Below the pieces are notes generated by a model. The model saw only the letters and a list, made by a program, of their open reading frames with translations. It was not told the DNA's origin and searched no databases. A DNA stretch of 36,198 nt from Klebsormidium nitens (lineage: Eukaryota; Plantae; Klebsormidiophyceae). A program made the translations under genes and the position numbers. The stretch covers positions 1 through 36,198 of the forward strand of contig DF237702.1 in NCBI GenBank assembly GCA_000708835.1. Direction: 5' to 3'. Of this stretch, positions 1-16,300 are shown one piece after another; position 1 is the first letter of the stretch, and every line of letters starts with the position of its first letter.

Positions 1-380
1 ATTCGGAATCATCACGTTGGACTACGGTATGCTGCTACCGTGAATTCCAGAACAAGCGGGATTGCTGTCACCACCGTCCAACTTGCAACTGTAGACAGGT
101 TGGACGGTTCGGATTGCCATACCAAATTGCTCATGCAGCAAAATCTCCCGGCGTCCAAACAAAGATTCAGGTAAGGTAGGTGGGTCGCCGACTCTTGAAA
201 TTGGGCCGTTCTAGTAGGTAGCATCGGCTCCGGTTTTCGGGGCTCAGCGTCGAGCGATCGCGGAACGGCATCATCGACGGTCAATTATATCTTGAGAGAG
301 AGTAGGATCAGGAGCTCTTCCTAAAACCCTATTAAAACATGAAACCTTCTCTGAAAAGTGCACCGAATCGAGCTACCTAG

Positions 381-717
381 GGTCTTTACACACAGAGCGG
401 GTGAACTTGGTTTTGAGCGACGGTACAGCAGGGGTTGCGGTGCTCCCGTCGCCAAGAAAACACCGCGGGTGAACTCAGGTGAACTTTTCAATTCGCCGGC
501 AAGTACGGCCTGACGTCAGCTTTTTCACCGCAGTGTTCCAAAGTGCTATACCCCCAAAAAAGCCTGGTGACGGTGGTGAACTTTTTTGGACCGTCGCGCG
601 GGACTACTTTTACGTGCGGAAGTTACCCCCCGGAGTGACAAAGTAAACTTTCGCAAAACAACACCTTCGGTTCTCGGCGAATTCACCAAAAGTTCACCCT
701 CTCTGTGTGTATAGACC
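381..717. mobile_element. MITE-like non-autonomous DNA transposon (~340 bp)
   Basis: 28-bp terminal inverted repeats: GGTCTTTACACACAGAGCGGGTGAACTT (381-408) vs reverse complement of 690-717 GGTCTATACACACAGAGAGGGTGAACTT (2 mismatches). Flanked by CTAG on both sides (377-380, 718-721); a TA duplication with a 380-718 element fits equally. Internal GTGAACT copies at 401, 469, 479, 576. No ORF. Confidence 0.8.
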
Positions 718-792
718 CTAGTAGTAGGTAGCAGATTCTCAATGGACTTTCCGAAAGTTGCGGAGCGGTGTGAGGGCTGTCCGCGGCACTAG

Positions 793-1135
793 GTACCATT
801 CTCAGTGACTGGGTACTTACCTTAGGTATTTACGGTACCGTATGTATTTAATAGGTAGTACTATACCTTTTCGTGTACACCCGGATTAATACAGCGATAG
901 GTACATACCGGTACGTACCGACAGGGTGGGTACTAAAGACTTGAACGTCGTGACTCATCAAATTGCATACCGTATCGAATCAATGGCATGCCACCGTACC
1001 TGTATCCAGTCTAGGTAGATTCGACTCATTTGCTGATCGAGAACGAAAGAGTTGACCGCGGGGTCCAAACGGACTTCGGCTGGGCGGGTAGTACGTCCGG
1101 TACCATGGTACCTCATTTGGTACCGTATTCAGTAC
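793..1135. other. Dense GTAC/GGTACC motif cluster upstream of the MAPK gene
   Basis: 15 GTAC in 343 bp (793, 813, 835, 858, 875, 901, 911, 915, 930, 996, 1091, 1100, 1108, 1120, 1132) versus about 1.3 expected at uniform composition. Function unknown. Confidence 0.75.
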
Positions 1136-2040
1136 AAGGTTCTGGCTACACCCTTCTACCTAACTTCTAAGTAGACCTTGATCGTGCCGGGCAACAACGG
1201 GGAGCCGCGACGGCAGTCCCCAGGACAAGTTTGTGATCTCGAGGACGTGCCGGATTCGAAGCACCGGGTGAGCGAGTCAACGGCCCAAGCACGAAGTCAA
1301 TGACCGGTTAGATGTCTAAGGTGTAGAGTCTGGACTCTGGTGTCAAGAGCTAGCCGGGGTCTGACTACCGATGCTCGGCCCCTTGTTCTGCGCGCGGGTT
1401 CATCCGTGGGCCGTGCGGTACCTTCTTGGCGGTCCCCACTTTAAGCATGACCGTGGTTAGGTCGCGCCTAGTTACATGCCGGGCCCGGGACCAGAATGCA
1501 CTAAAGTTACCAAACACGGTTGAAACCCCTCTAATGTGTTCTCTGTTTCACCCTTTAGGGTTCAGCGTCGAGCCCCCTAAATTCTGGGTTCGAGAAACAT
1601 TAAAGATAGGTAATCCAAACCCTGGCTCCATTCAGATGCGGGTTTCGGAAACCGGCTGTAGTGTTTTGCACGGTACATACTGGTAGCTCTGCATGTACAG
1701 GGTCGTATTAACGGTACTGATGGGGTGGCCGAGCATCCTGGACGCCTTCCGAACAAGGGTGAAATCTGAACCTCGCCGGCGCAGATCGGTCACACTGTCT
1801 CACACAGTCAGCAAGTACGGTGGGTTCCATTTGTCAAGAGCGGGGAAGTGCCTCAGGCAAGCTAGCGCGCTGCTGCTGCTTTACTTTTTGGTTGCAACTG
1901 TGTTAGTTTCGATCTCGCTGATTCTCGTACTATGCTACAAGATGGCAGCGTCTCCGTCTGAAATAGGAGCCTGCGTTTGCAAGTGGTAGCCGTTCAAGCA
2001 AGGGTAGTGTTTCTCCAACTTCATTGCTCGGATCCAGCAT

Positions 2041-5985
<3,945 letters not shown>

Positions 5986-6480
5986 GAAGAGGACGAAAGA
6001 CATCCTCTATGCCGGACGAGACGAATAGATGGTGCTCTGATAGCTAGGCAACCAAACACCCAGGGGCCAGGTGACCTTGGTTTGCCTTCGGACTTCGGAA
6101 AGTGGCAGGAGATGTTGCATGTCTCTCCCCGTTCAACTGAGATAGAGTAGGTCTCCTTGCGTTGCGGCTCCTCGTGCCACTCGCTACTGATCAAACCAGC
6201 TTGAGCTGGATATATTCCAGGTGATATAGGCCCCCATTAGCTGTACGTTGAGAGATTTGAAATTATCAGTGTAGTATTGTGAAATGATCCTAGGAAGCCC
6301 CTCCATTGGGGGCGCCGTCTGGAGTGTTGTTTACTCCAGGGCTAGAGGGCTAGATTATTCTTTTGACAGACAATCGTGGAAGAAGCTCTGACACAAATTA
6401 TCAAGCCAGGCGCGGCTCATGCAGAAAGTGGATTCTGTTCATCGAGTCTCATACCCTTTAAAGGCCCCTAAGCTCTTCAT

Positions 6481-7050
6481 CTGCATATATGCACGGTCGG
6501 TAGACAGCGATCCAACATAACGCGGGATGTGGGACATTCAATCAGTTCATGCATGCCACACTCAATGTACAGAGCTTTGTCATGCACGTGAAAATTTCTC
6601 GGCAACTGTATGTTTGTTGCGCTAATTTAATGATGCATGTCAATTTAATACATCCATGTACCATCTATAAGTGTAGGCGCGGCACATGCATGTGCGAAAT
6701 TGCGCTGCGCATATATAGTAACAGCCATGGTTCAATCATACATATATGCCATGCATGATCCGGTCGATCGATCATGCTGGCTTGGCGAGCATGTATATAC
6801 CGTCCATCGCATCTGGCCGGCACATGCAGAGCCGGATCATGGAAGCGCTATAGTCCGCGCACGACACAGTGGCATGCGCGCAGGCTTGTCAAGAGATCGA
6901 AGTCCGTTTTCATAAGTCACTGCAATGGAGTGCCGCGCATCTCGACAGCTAGCTGTGCCCATAGCTCTCAATAAAATGTCTATGATGCAGATAGGCGCTA
7001 CACGCGCCAATATGTTGCACGAGATGCTGGCCGAGCTACGGTGGCATGCT
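6481..7050. other. Palindrome-rich block A (convergent spacer MAPK / CFIm68-like)
   Basis: 16 CATG in 6548-7048; perfect palindromes TGCATATATGCA (6482), GCACATGCATGTGC (6682), ACAGCTAGCTGT (6945); AATAAA at 6970. Confidence 0.8.
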
Positions 7051-7190
7051 CGAGTCCTCAACGGACTCTTAAGTTGGGACTCCGATTCATCAGGACTGTA
7101 TAATTCTTATTGTGTAATAAAGCCGGAATGTTCCAGCTTCGATCCGCCCTATCAATCTTTCCGCCCGAATTTGCTTCATCTGGTCTCTCT

Positions 7191-8850
7191 TCAGTCTCCT
7201 TCCCTCTTCCGTTTTTCTGGGTTGGGTCCTCCCCAGCCCCATCCAGGACCTGCTTCGTACCAACCTATGATCATGAGGAAGGGGAAACAATTGAACATTA
7301 CAAGAGTCCAAGGGTTGGGACGGTCTACTTTGCGAGCTGGCCATGGACACGTTAAGCTCAATAGAATCTCCAAAGACCAACACACCCGAAATCGACAAAG
7401 AAGGCCAATGAGCACCGTCTTTCGGTCTCAGTTTGTGATTTTAACCTTATGTTTCACAATTGGACGTAGCAACAGAGCAGTAACCTTAACGGGAATGCAA
7501 GGACCAACTGGAGGGTTGTTCAATAGTTGGTCTTTTGATGCACGCCCCATAGAAGCGGCAGCTGTACTGGCAGAGCGCTGTGTGCTCTTGCTCCTCCCAG
7601 ATTGTCCCCTCACCTTGTCCCTCTGCGTAAGGCCCCCTGGGAGGCCCTTCTGCCTCCCACCCTGCTCCATACCCTGGCCCTCCCCACTGTGCATACGACC
7701 CTCTTTCCCACCCGCCCCCGTCCCTGCCGTGGACGCCTCTGCCCCCCGCATATCCCGCGTCCCAACCTGGCGCACCCCCGAGCGGAAAGTCCATGCCACG
7801 CCCCCCTGGATAGCCGCCCCGCCCATGGCCGTCATCCCTTCCAAGGCCGGGTGCCCGGAAGCTCCCCGCGGCAGCCTCTGCAAACCCGCCTCGGCCAGAG
7901 GGGCCCCTGCCCGCCTCTCCTCGCCCTCGCCCTCCTGCCCCTCGCATGTCCTGCTCCATCCCCATCGCTCCATGCGCTGGCTCAGAAGGGTTCCGAGGCC
8001 GCGTCGTTGACGCGTAAGTAACAACGCAGGGTCTGCCCGTAAATACGCGCCCGTTCATCTTCTCCTTGCACGCTTTTGCAGCATCCGCGTCGAAGAACTC
8101 AGCCTGGCAGTAGCCCTTGAACTTGCCATTGGCCTTTTCCTCAAACAGCCGCAGTTCCTTCACCCGCCCGTACTCTGCCAGGGCGCGCTCAATTTCCTCG
8201 TCACTTGTCCACCAGTTGAGCTCCCCAACATACACCTGCGTCGGCTCCTTCCCGCCCTGCGGGGCCGCCCTGTGCAGGTGTGCTTGCGCAGTGGGCGCCC
8301 CTCCCGGGCCCAGTCCATGCCGCGCCATGTACTCACTTGCAAGCGCGGCGCTCGTCAAGGGAGTTGGCGCCGCGGCGGCGGGTGCTTTAGGGGCGGTCGA
8401 GCTGGTGGTGCTTTTGGTTGCGGTGACCTGCGCTGACGCGGGGGGGGCTGCTCCGCTTTCGGCCCTGCGCATTGGCGCACTGGTGGGCAAGCCCGCATCC
8501 GCCGGAGAAGCAGCCGTGGTAGCTGCTGGGGGTGGTGTGGCGGTGGGGCCTGCTTGTGTTGTGCTGGGGCCACTGCCCTTCACCTGCTGGCTGGGAGCTG
8601 CCGGGGGAGGGGCGGGGCGCGCCGCCGGCTGGCGCCCACTGGTGGTGGGCAGGGCACTGCTGGCGGCAGCTCGGCTGGGGGCGAGGATGGGCCGCGACGA
8701 CACCAGGTCCATGTCAATGTCCCCGTACAGATCGAAATCTTCAGCGTCTCCCGCATCAGCAGCCACCCCATCCCCTCCGACGGCGGCCGCACCACTGAAG
8801 GCCGAGCCCAGGCCCTCCTCGGGAACATCGCCCAGACTTCCAGCAGACAT
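7191..8850 (-). CDS. CFIm68/CPSF6-like RRM protein (pre-mRNA cleavage factor I large subunit-like)
   Basis: Exons 8850-7614 and 7264-7191 (phase-1 GT-AG intron 7613-7265). Acidic N-terminal DFDLYGD, Ala/Pro-rich linker, RRM VYVGELNWWTSDEEIE...FEEKANGKFKGYCQAEF...MNGRVFTGRPCVV, RGG/GW-rich tail ending PEKRKREGD. Confidence 0.8.
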
Positions 8851-9584
8851 GGCAAGAATCGCTGATTGCGTAGACAGCACCCGGCTTACTGGCCGCCTGA
8901 GATGCCCCTCAAATACCGGGCATGCTGTTGACGCAGTGCCTTTGCCGCCAAGGTACCTGCAGCCGCGCTTCTAAAAGGGGAGGACCATCGTGAATGCACT
9001 AGGATACGTAATTAAAGGAAACTTTTTCCGGCCCTCACTGTTGACTTCCATTGGCATGTGCTCGCTTGAGGTTGAAGCAGCAGGTACCGTGTAGACTGTA
9101 TAGGGCGATAGAGCCCACCTCGCCCATATACGAGGTGATTAACGTAAGCGTATAAGGTAGTCAACTTTCACGAACGAAGGCCCAAGTAAGGGGGATCCCT
9201 TGGTATGTAACCGGGCAGCTGGTTGATGTGTGTTTTGACACCAGTTGTTAACTCGTTATACAGAACATACCGCCGTAGGCTGTCCCGGCAGTTAGAGGGG
9301 CCCTCGGGGATGTCCGGCCTGTACTTTGAAACATATTAGCCAGTAGGTATATGAGTGCCGCCATAAGACAAGACTTACCATGAAAACGTGCACGTATATG
9401 CGAGCCCCCAGATGCCAATGGAGCTCTCACACTGTCACGGTTCTTTCGCTGTCCAACTTCACTTGGCTTCCGTTTCACCGTCCCTTGTTCCATATGCCCA
9501 GCTTGTCGACCACGTCTTTCAATTGGGGAGTACTTCCTAAGTTCCTCCCATCGCCCAGAGGTGTGAACTTGCAAACGATGAGTG

Positions 9585-12209
9585 ATGGCGGCGTGCTCGA
9601 CATCAGTGCTGCGGTGTGATCTTGGAACCTTCCAGGCAGCTGCTCACGTGAGTCATTGCCCCCCAAGAGCGGACGGGACTTGTTCGGTCTGGCCGGTGGC
9701 CTGGCCCGTCTCGCCGGGCCAACCAGGGTGGCGCACCACACCCGCTCGCCGCGCTGCTGCGAGGAGAGGGCCGCTCTGGCCCCCAGTCACGCAGCCCCAC
9801 CCGTGTCCCCACCGTTGTGCTGACGGCCGGTGGCAGGTGAGTGCCTGTCAAACCCGGCTTGCCTTCAATCCCCGCCTTGGGCTGCGCATGAGCAGCTGGC
9901 TGAGCAGCCTGTGCGCTGCAGTAGTTGGTCCCAGCACGTTCTCTTCGCTTGGCTGCTGTCTGAAATGCTGTGGCTGTGCAAGGGGAAGGTTGAACCCGTG
10001 AACTTGAATCTCAGAGGCTGCCTGTTTCTCCATTGGTTTGTGGCCCTCTACTTTTGTCCTGGCTGGTGGCAAGCAATCACTGTGAGTGGCATCTGCTTGC
10101 AGTCTCGGCAGGGCCGCCGGTTGCACGGCCCGACCATGGTAGCGGGCGATGACCGCATGCTTGGAGATGGGCCCTACTTCAGAACTGGGGGGACGTTTGG
10201 GGAGGAGGTGAGGCCCAACGTAGCGGGCAGCAAGAGGCACTGCGCAGGAGGACAAACAGAGAGGGGGCCAGCCTTGGGTGGCCGCCAGCCGGCTCCAGTT
10301 TCACAAGGATAAAAGAAAAGAGCCTAGAGAAGGTGCCCACCTGAGGGTCGTACATGGTAGCCGGACCCCACTGTTGTTCGTTGGAGCCGTTGAGCCCAGG
10401 CTCATGTATCTATGGCTGTCTTGTCCCTCTTGTATTTCCTTCCCATGGTTCGCCTCTGTCTGCAGCGCATCGGCGCGGAGCACGGCGAGGGGTTCACAAC
10501 GATCCGGCCGAGCGGGCAGGCGCTGCGCGTGGACGTGGACTTTCTGAATGAGAAGATGCGCAAGCGTGGGCGGCAGCGCATGCGCTTCCAGGTGCGCCCG
10601 GACGAGGCGTTTGGCCTGGTGTACTCGTGGGAGGGCGTCCTGGCCGACACGCGGCCCTCGCACACCGAGACCTGGCGCCGCCTCGCGGAGGAGGAGGGCC
10701 GCCCGGTGCCGGACTACAGCCGCCCCGTGCACAGCATCCCCCCCGAGCGTGTCATCACCCAGGTGAGAGCTCGCACAGCGAAGTAAAGCTTGGAGGGAAG
10801 AAGGGAGCGGTCAACTTGGCAGGCAGGGACAAGAGGGGCAGGCAATGCCGGGGCGATGAAGAAGTATTTCGCTTGAAGCAGATGGAATCCTTGGGATGCG
10901 AGCTTTATGCAGCCCTTTAGGAGGCGTTTGGGAGATTGGAGGATACCTGTGCAACTTGGGAGTTGGTGCACGACTGTTGGAGGAATTGGGGTCTTGCCTT
11001 AGATTGCCCCGTTCGTCAAATCGTTGGGCGCAGGTGCTGGGTTGGACAAGGGAGCCGGAGGAGGTGGCGCGCCTGGTGGTGCGCGCGTCGGAGCTGTACT
11101 GCCAAGAGGTGGCCAAGCTGCGTGCACCGCAGGCAGGCCTGCGCGAGTGGCTGCAGGTGAGGGCGCAGACGGGGCGGGCCGCAGGGAATGACGCGCTCTG
11201 GCTGACATCGAATCCTCGATATTATGTCCTTACAGAGCTGTTTAGAAGTGGTTCTTTCCCGGACACAGTCTTGTGTGTCTGAGCCCGTATTGGGGGTGGT
11301 GGTGCAGGCGCTGCGCACCGCGGGCGTGCCGTGTGCGGTGACGAGTGCGCTGAGCCGCGCGACGGTGGTGGCGATGCTGGACGCGTGGGGCCTGCGGCAC
11401 TTCTTCCAGGCGGTGGTCACCAACGAGGACGGCATGGAGGCCATCAGCCAGCGGTTCCTCTCGGCAGCGCTCAAGGCAAGCGCCGCCATGCCAAAGCCCA
11501 CCGCGTCACGAGGACCGGAAGTCGTGCCTCTTTTTGACACTGTTCGGGGGGGGGTGTTCAACAATCCGCCCCGCCGTTTTTTTGACTGTGCAAGGTCGTT
11601 GGAGCTCGACTGAGTTATCTCGTGAGATAAGTGCTTCGGATGTCCCAGCTGTGCTCTGCTGACGCGAGGGCGCGCTTGCAGCTGGACCGGGCCCCCAACA
11701 GCTGCGTGGTGTTCGAGGACGATCCTCGGGGGATCGCCGCGGCCCACAACTGCACCATGAAGGCCGTCGCCCTGGTGGGAACGCACCCGGCGTAAGCAAC
11801 GTGCCGCCCGTCTCAAAGGCGGAGCCGTAGTACCACGTCTTTGCTGAGCTTCCGTCCATTCCCATGCAAATGCCATTGCCTTGCTTGAATCTAGGTATAC
11901 ACGCCCATATCAGAGATTGTCAAACCAGGCACTCTGCGAGGAGGTTCATTTGGCACGACAGCTCTCTTCCTCTCCTGCGAAATGTCCGTCCCCCTCCCTG
12001 GTCGCCCTGACCGGCGCGCGCTGGGTGGCTGGTGCAGGTACGAGCTGGAGCAGGCGGACCTGACGGTGAGCAACTTCTCGGAGCTGTCGGTGATCAACCT
12101 GAGGCGGCTCTTCGCAAACCAAGGGGCGGAGTTCATGGATCCCCTAAAGCAGCCTAGAAATCAAAGCCCTCCTCGACGAAGGAACAGAAACGACATGATC
12201 CCACCGTGA
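9585..12209 (+). CDS. Plastid-targeted HAD-like hydrolase (At3g10970-like, CbbY/PyrP-related family)
   Basis: Exons 9585-9836, 10103-10207, 10466-10762, 11034-11156, 11308-11475, 11682-11791, 12038-12209 join in frame. Motifs RIGAEHGEGF, RPDEAFGLVYSWEGVLADT, DGMEAISQRFLSAALK, CVVFEDDPRGIAAAHNCTMKAV, ELSVINLRRLFAN; transit-peptide-like N-terminus. Substrate not determinable from sequence. Confidence 0.88.
11476..11681 (+). other. Non-canonical GC-AG intron in the HAD gene
   Basis: AAG|GCAAGC donor at 11476 joins FLSAALK to LDRAPNSCVVFEDD (acceptor TTGCAG at 11681), restoring the family motif SAAxKLDR. Confidence 0.85.
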
Positions 12210-12439
12210 CTGTCTTGTATTCTAGTTCTGCACGCCGGGAGGTGAAGTCGAATTTCATGCGGGATGGGCTCGAGTGCCAATCATAGGGCAGTAGCCTGGC
12301 CACACGATGAATGGCCGCCTCCGTGCGCTGATGTCTCATAACAGCCCTGATCAGGAATCTGGGTATAGCGCGCATCCTTTTTTGGTGATCAGGTAGGCGC
12401 CCCACCTCACATATACTGTGTCGACGTACCGTGTGATTC

Positions 12440-13005
12440 CATCCTCACGCATGGCTGGCGGCGCCCAAGGCAAACTGCGGGGGTGCACCATGCAATCTGG
12501 AAGAGAACGACGAGGTCAATCATAATACTCGAGGACATGCTCTGGCCCGATAGCACGCGGCTGCCAAACTCGTATGTTGATCGCCATGTTTAATCTAACT
12601 CAAGCAGCCTTTACGTTTGACCAGATCAACCCGCGGCTCTTAGTACACGGTATAGGAAGCCGCCCTGCATGCTCAAGCTTTTGATAGGATGGCACACCGT
12701 CCGATCTGCTTATAGTTATAATAAATGCCACATGATGGTCATGGATCAACGCCCGCGCGTCTGAGTATGTGTCACTCAGACCGCGTGGCCATGGACCCTT
12801 AACAATAAATTGCTCAAATACTGCGTGAAACATTTTGCCGGACCGCTCATCATGGCATGCGGATATTGGCGCACATCGCGCGGCAACACGTCACGAACAC
12901 AACGACCGGATCACAGTGTATAGATATGTGACCCTAGCACCTGATCGTATGATGCAAATAGGCCGTTCCTTTCACAGGCCGCGACCACAATGTCATGACA
13001 TGACG
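12440..13005. other. Palindrome-rich block B (convergent spacer HAD / KIAA1328-like)
   Basis: 12 CATG in 12450-13002; hairpin GTCTGAGT-n7-ACTCAGAC near 12759-12781; AATAAA at 12720 and 12804. Confidence 0.7.
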
Positions 13006-13347
13006 AGTGCCTGAGAAATTAGCCCTGTCATTGTGGGCCCTCAAATAATCAGTGTGCCAGCTTCAACAAAGTGCGCAACGGACCTTGTACATCCACCCTC
13101 ATCCGTGACATTTGTCCTTTAAGCTTGATGCGTCATGGGTCTTGGCCGTCCTGAAGCAGATCAGTTGCGGGGAAGAAGCTGCTGAAGATGCATCGGTTCG
13201 CGGCTCATGAGAGCCGACCAGTGCAACGAATATTGAGGGCTCCTGTAATCGTCTAGTACATGAGCTTTTAAAATAAGCAGTGAAGCAGCTGAACCAGCAG
13301 ATCGCACGTTTGCCAAGTTGGAGCCGCAGTGTCAAGATCAGCTACCC

Positions 13348-16300
13348 CTACCAGCCGTTTGTGAGCACCAGCACCTCCGGTTCCAATTGGGATTGCACAA
13401 AAGTGGGATGCCGGTCTCGTTTACCCCGCGCTTGCACCTTTCCCCGCCCGTTCACGCTTGAAACAGGTTGAGGCGCTCCGCGCCACTTCCGTTCCGCTTC
13501 TTGTCGATCCGTCTGCCGGGCCCAGGCCGTCAACTCCGCCGGGAGGTCGCCTCTCGGGTCGTGCCTGCTGGTGCGGGCGTGGTCCATCTCTAGTTCTTCC
13601 ACCAGCTCCAGCAGCGCGCTGTCGTACAGCATCCCGGACACCCACCGCGCCCGCCCCTGCCCGCCACCCCGGCTGGGGCTGCCCTCCGGACTTACGCTCC
13701 AATGCCGCACCCCACTCTCCTTGACCACAACACGCTGTGCGACACGCGGGGCCGCCGTCGCGAGCGCGAGGGGCACCTCTGCCCCCGGCACTCCCTCTGC
13801 CACTGCCTTTTGGAGTAGACTGGAGGGGGCAGGCCCTTCGACCTCCGCTCCTCGCGTGGCCCTTCGTCGGCCGTCCTGTCCCGGCCCCCCGAGAGGCGAT
13901 TCTTCCCGTGCTCGCCTTGACACGTCTTCCGCCCCCTCGCTTCTCTCCCCCGGCCTCCGCCTCTGGCCCCCTGTTTCCCCGCCCATTCCATCCCCTGCTC
14001 CGTCCGCCCTACTTTTCTCCACCACTGCAACGTCCACGTAATAGAAAGCCCCCGCATCCCCAACTGTAGGATCAAACCGCAGCACTCGCTCGCATGGCGC
14101 CTCCCCTCGATCAGGGATCCCGGATACGTCCGTTGCCCTGCCCACTCCCGCTGGGCCTGCTTGCGCGTCCAAGCGTGCCCCCTGTAGTTCCCGCACTTGG
14201 TCGGACCCCGCAGCACCGCACCTCACCTCCGCAGCTACTGCAGCCCCGCCCGAACTCCGAGAAACGTCCGAAGTTCCATTCATCGGCACCGCTCCCAGAT
14301 GCACCCGCTGGCAACCATCAGGAGCCCCTATCGGGTGGCCGCTCTTGAGCAAAGGGGCAGAGGCAGCGGCGCAGGTCGACGGGGGGCAGCCGCATGATGG
14401 GAGGGCCGTGCCCCAGAGAGCCTGCACGGCAGAGCCCTCCGCAGTGGTGGAGGCAGCAGGCAGGGAGGCGGCGGGGACGGGGGCAGGCCCAGCGATGGCC
14501 GGAGAGGAGACATCAACGGGGGGCAAGCGACCCTGAAGCACGCCAACAGTGGGTAGGACTGGCTGCGGTGGAGCATCTGGTACTGCTGCCCCATGCGGTG
14601 GATAGGAGGGTGGAAGACGAAGAGGCGCCTCTTTGGGGGGAAAGAAGACGGGGCGGGGCTGGCTAACAGGCCCCCCTACAAGGGGCTGGTGCGCACTGCT
14701 CATACACACTGCTTCGGTTTGACTGCCCAGGGGCGGTTCCCTCGCACCTGAGGGGTCTACTGCCAGCACGCTGCCTGGCGGGTTGGGGACCAGAAACCCC
14801 GTCCCAGTCTGCTTGCTAGGCTTCCCATCTGGTTCTCCCTGAAAGCAGGCAACTGCTGCCAACAGCACGTCAGCTGAGGCCGACACAGCCATCCCTTCCA
14901 TTGGTCGTTGGCAGACCTCGCTATCATGTCCAGGGGCAAAAGACACCGGCATTGTAGGGGCGTCTTCGAAAGCCATTCCCCCAGCCGCGTTGCCTCCCTG
15001 CGGCTTGCCCCCCCCCACCCCAACGTCTGCTCCGGCCGCGTCCCCGCCGTGCTGCCCCCCTCGCTGTGCCAGTTCCCCGCTGATGGCCCGGATGCGCTGC
15101 TCTAGCTCCGCCCAGGCCGCCCACACCCCCTCCGCTGGCGCGTCCGCTGCTCCTGACGGCGGCGAGTCCCGCCGCTGTTCAGATGAGGCTCTGGTAGCCT
15201 CCAGGACACCGGATATAGCAGGCGCAGCGGAGGTGGCCGGCGGGCTGTGGCCGCGGTCAAGAGCGGGCTTACTTGGGCTGGCAGGCAGCCCACCGCCTCG
15301 AGAGGGCTCAGCTTCAGGGGGGGTAGCTGGGGTCAAGTGGGCACCAAGGGAAGCAGAGGAGGTGACCCCTGGTGCGTTCAGGCTGTTGGGAGAGGTGGAG
15401 CGGGGCAGCGCCGCAGCCGCTGCCTGAGCGGGCTGTCCTGGTGTGGGGCTGTCCAGGGCCAGGGCCACCTCGCGAGAGGCCCCCACCTTCAGAGCCCGCA
15501 GCTGCAGGCAACGCCGGAGGCTCCTCAGAGGACAAGCAATCGCAGAGAGCTGACAGATACTCCTGCGCTCATCAACATCTGCCAGCTTCCAACGGGCTCG
15601 ACCGGGGGCTTGGCCCCCTTGGAAAGTTATTGGCCTCCAATCTCCAGTCACCTGCCCCCAGGCCAGCAGCCAAGCATGGCCCCTGCTCCTATCCCCCCCT
15701 CCAGGGCTCCTCACCTTGAGCTGGTAGGAGCGCAGCAGGCCGTCAGCATGCAGCAGCTTGAGGCGCAGTGCAGTGAGCTCGGCAAGGAGGTCGCGGTTCT
15801 GCGCCTGCAGCCCCTCCAGCGCCGCCTGCTGGCTGGCGCGCTCCTGCGCGGCCTCTCGCTGCACCGCCTCCTTCTCCTTGGTCACAGACACCACCTGCCA
15901 CCGCAAGCAACACCTCAGAAAGAGGGAGATGCATACTTGAAGGGAAGGGCTGCACTGAACAGGGCGGCTCTAAGGGGGGCATTGCAGCACTAGTGCTGAA
16001 GATGATGGGGAAATATAGCCATGTGATCAGAAAAAGAGGGGAACTGAGTCCTTGTGCCCAAGCGCCGCAGCTGGTAAAAGCACGTCCAGCATACTCAAGG
16101 GACCTGTACACCAATTTTCTTCAAAAATACCACAGCAGCCAGCCGGGAGCAAGTGTGTCTATCGTTGTACCAGGGCCGTCAGTGCTCACCTGGCGGATCA
16201 GCCTGGCCACCTTCTGCTTGTCCTCCTCACAAAGATTCTTCAGAGTAGCGCCCTGGGCAGGCACGCCATTAAATCCATTGGAGTCTGCTAGAGCCCCTTC

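Noticed and set aside
1-284. Minus-strand 90-aa ORF and an open plus-strand frame ending at a CAG|GTAAGG donor-like site (~170)
   Set aside because: No recognisable motifs; could be part of a neighbouring gene outside the window, but I cannot support a call.
744-1653. Possible large inverted repeat via TTTCCGAAA (~749) and TTTCGGAAA (~1643)
   Set aside because: Only 9 bp match and the flanks do not extend.
8120-8135. RNP1 reads GKFKGYC where CFIm68-like proteins usually have GKSKGYC
   Set aside because: Single TCC/TTC difference; cannot distinguish a real substitution from a sequence error or normal family variation.
6925-8974. Long plus-strand ORFs (361, 285, 139 aa)
   Set aside because: Antisense shadows of the GC-rich CFIm68-like exon; no independent motifs.
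13421-15993. Many overlapping ORFs on both strands
   Set aside because: Expected from stop-codon scarcity in ~70% GC low-complexity coding DNA.
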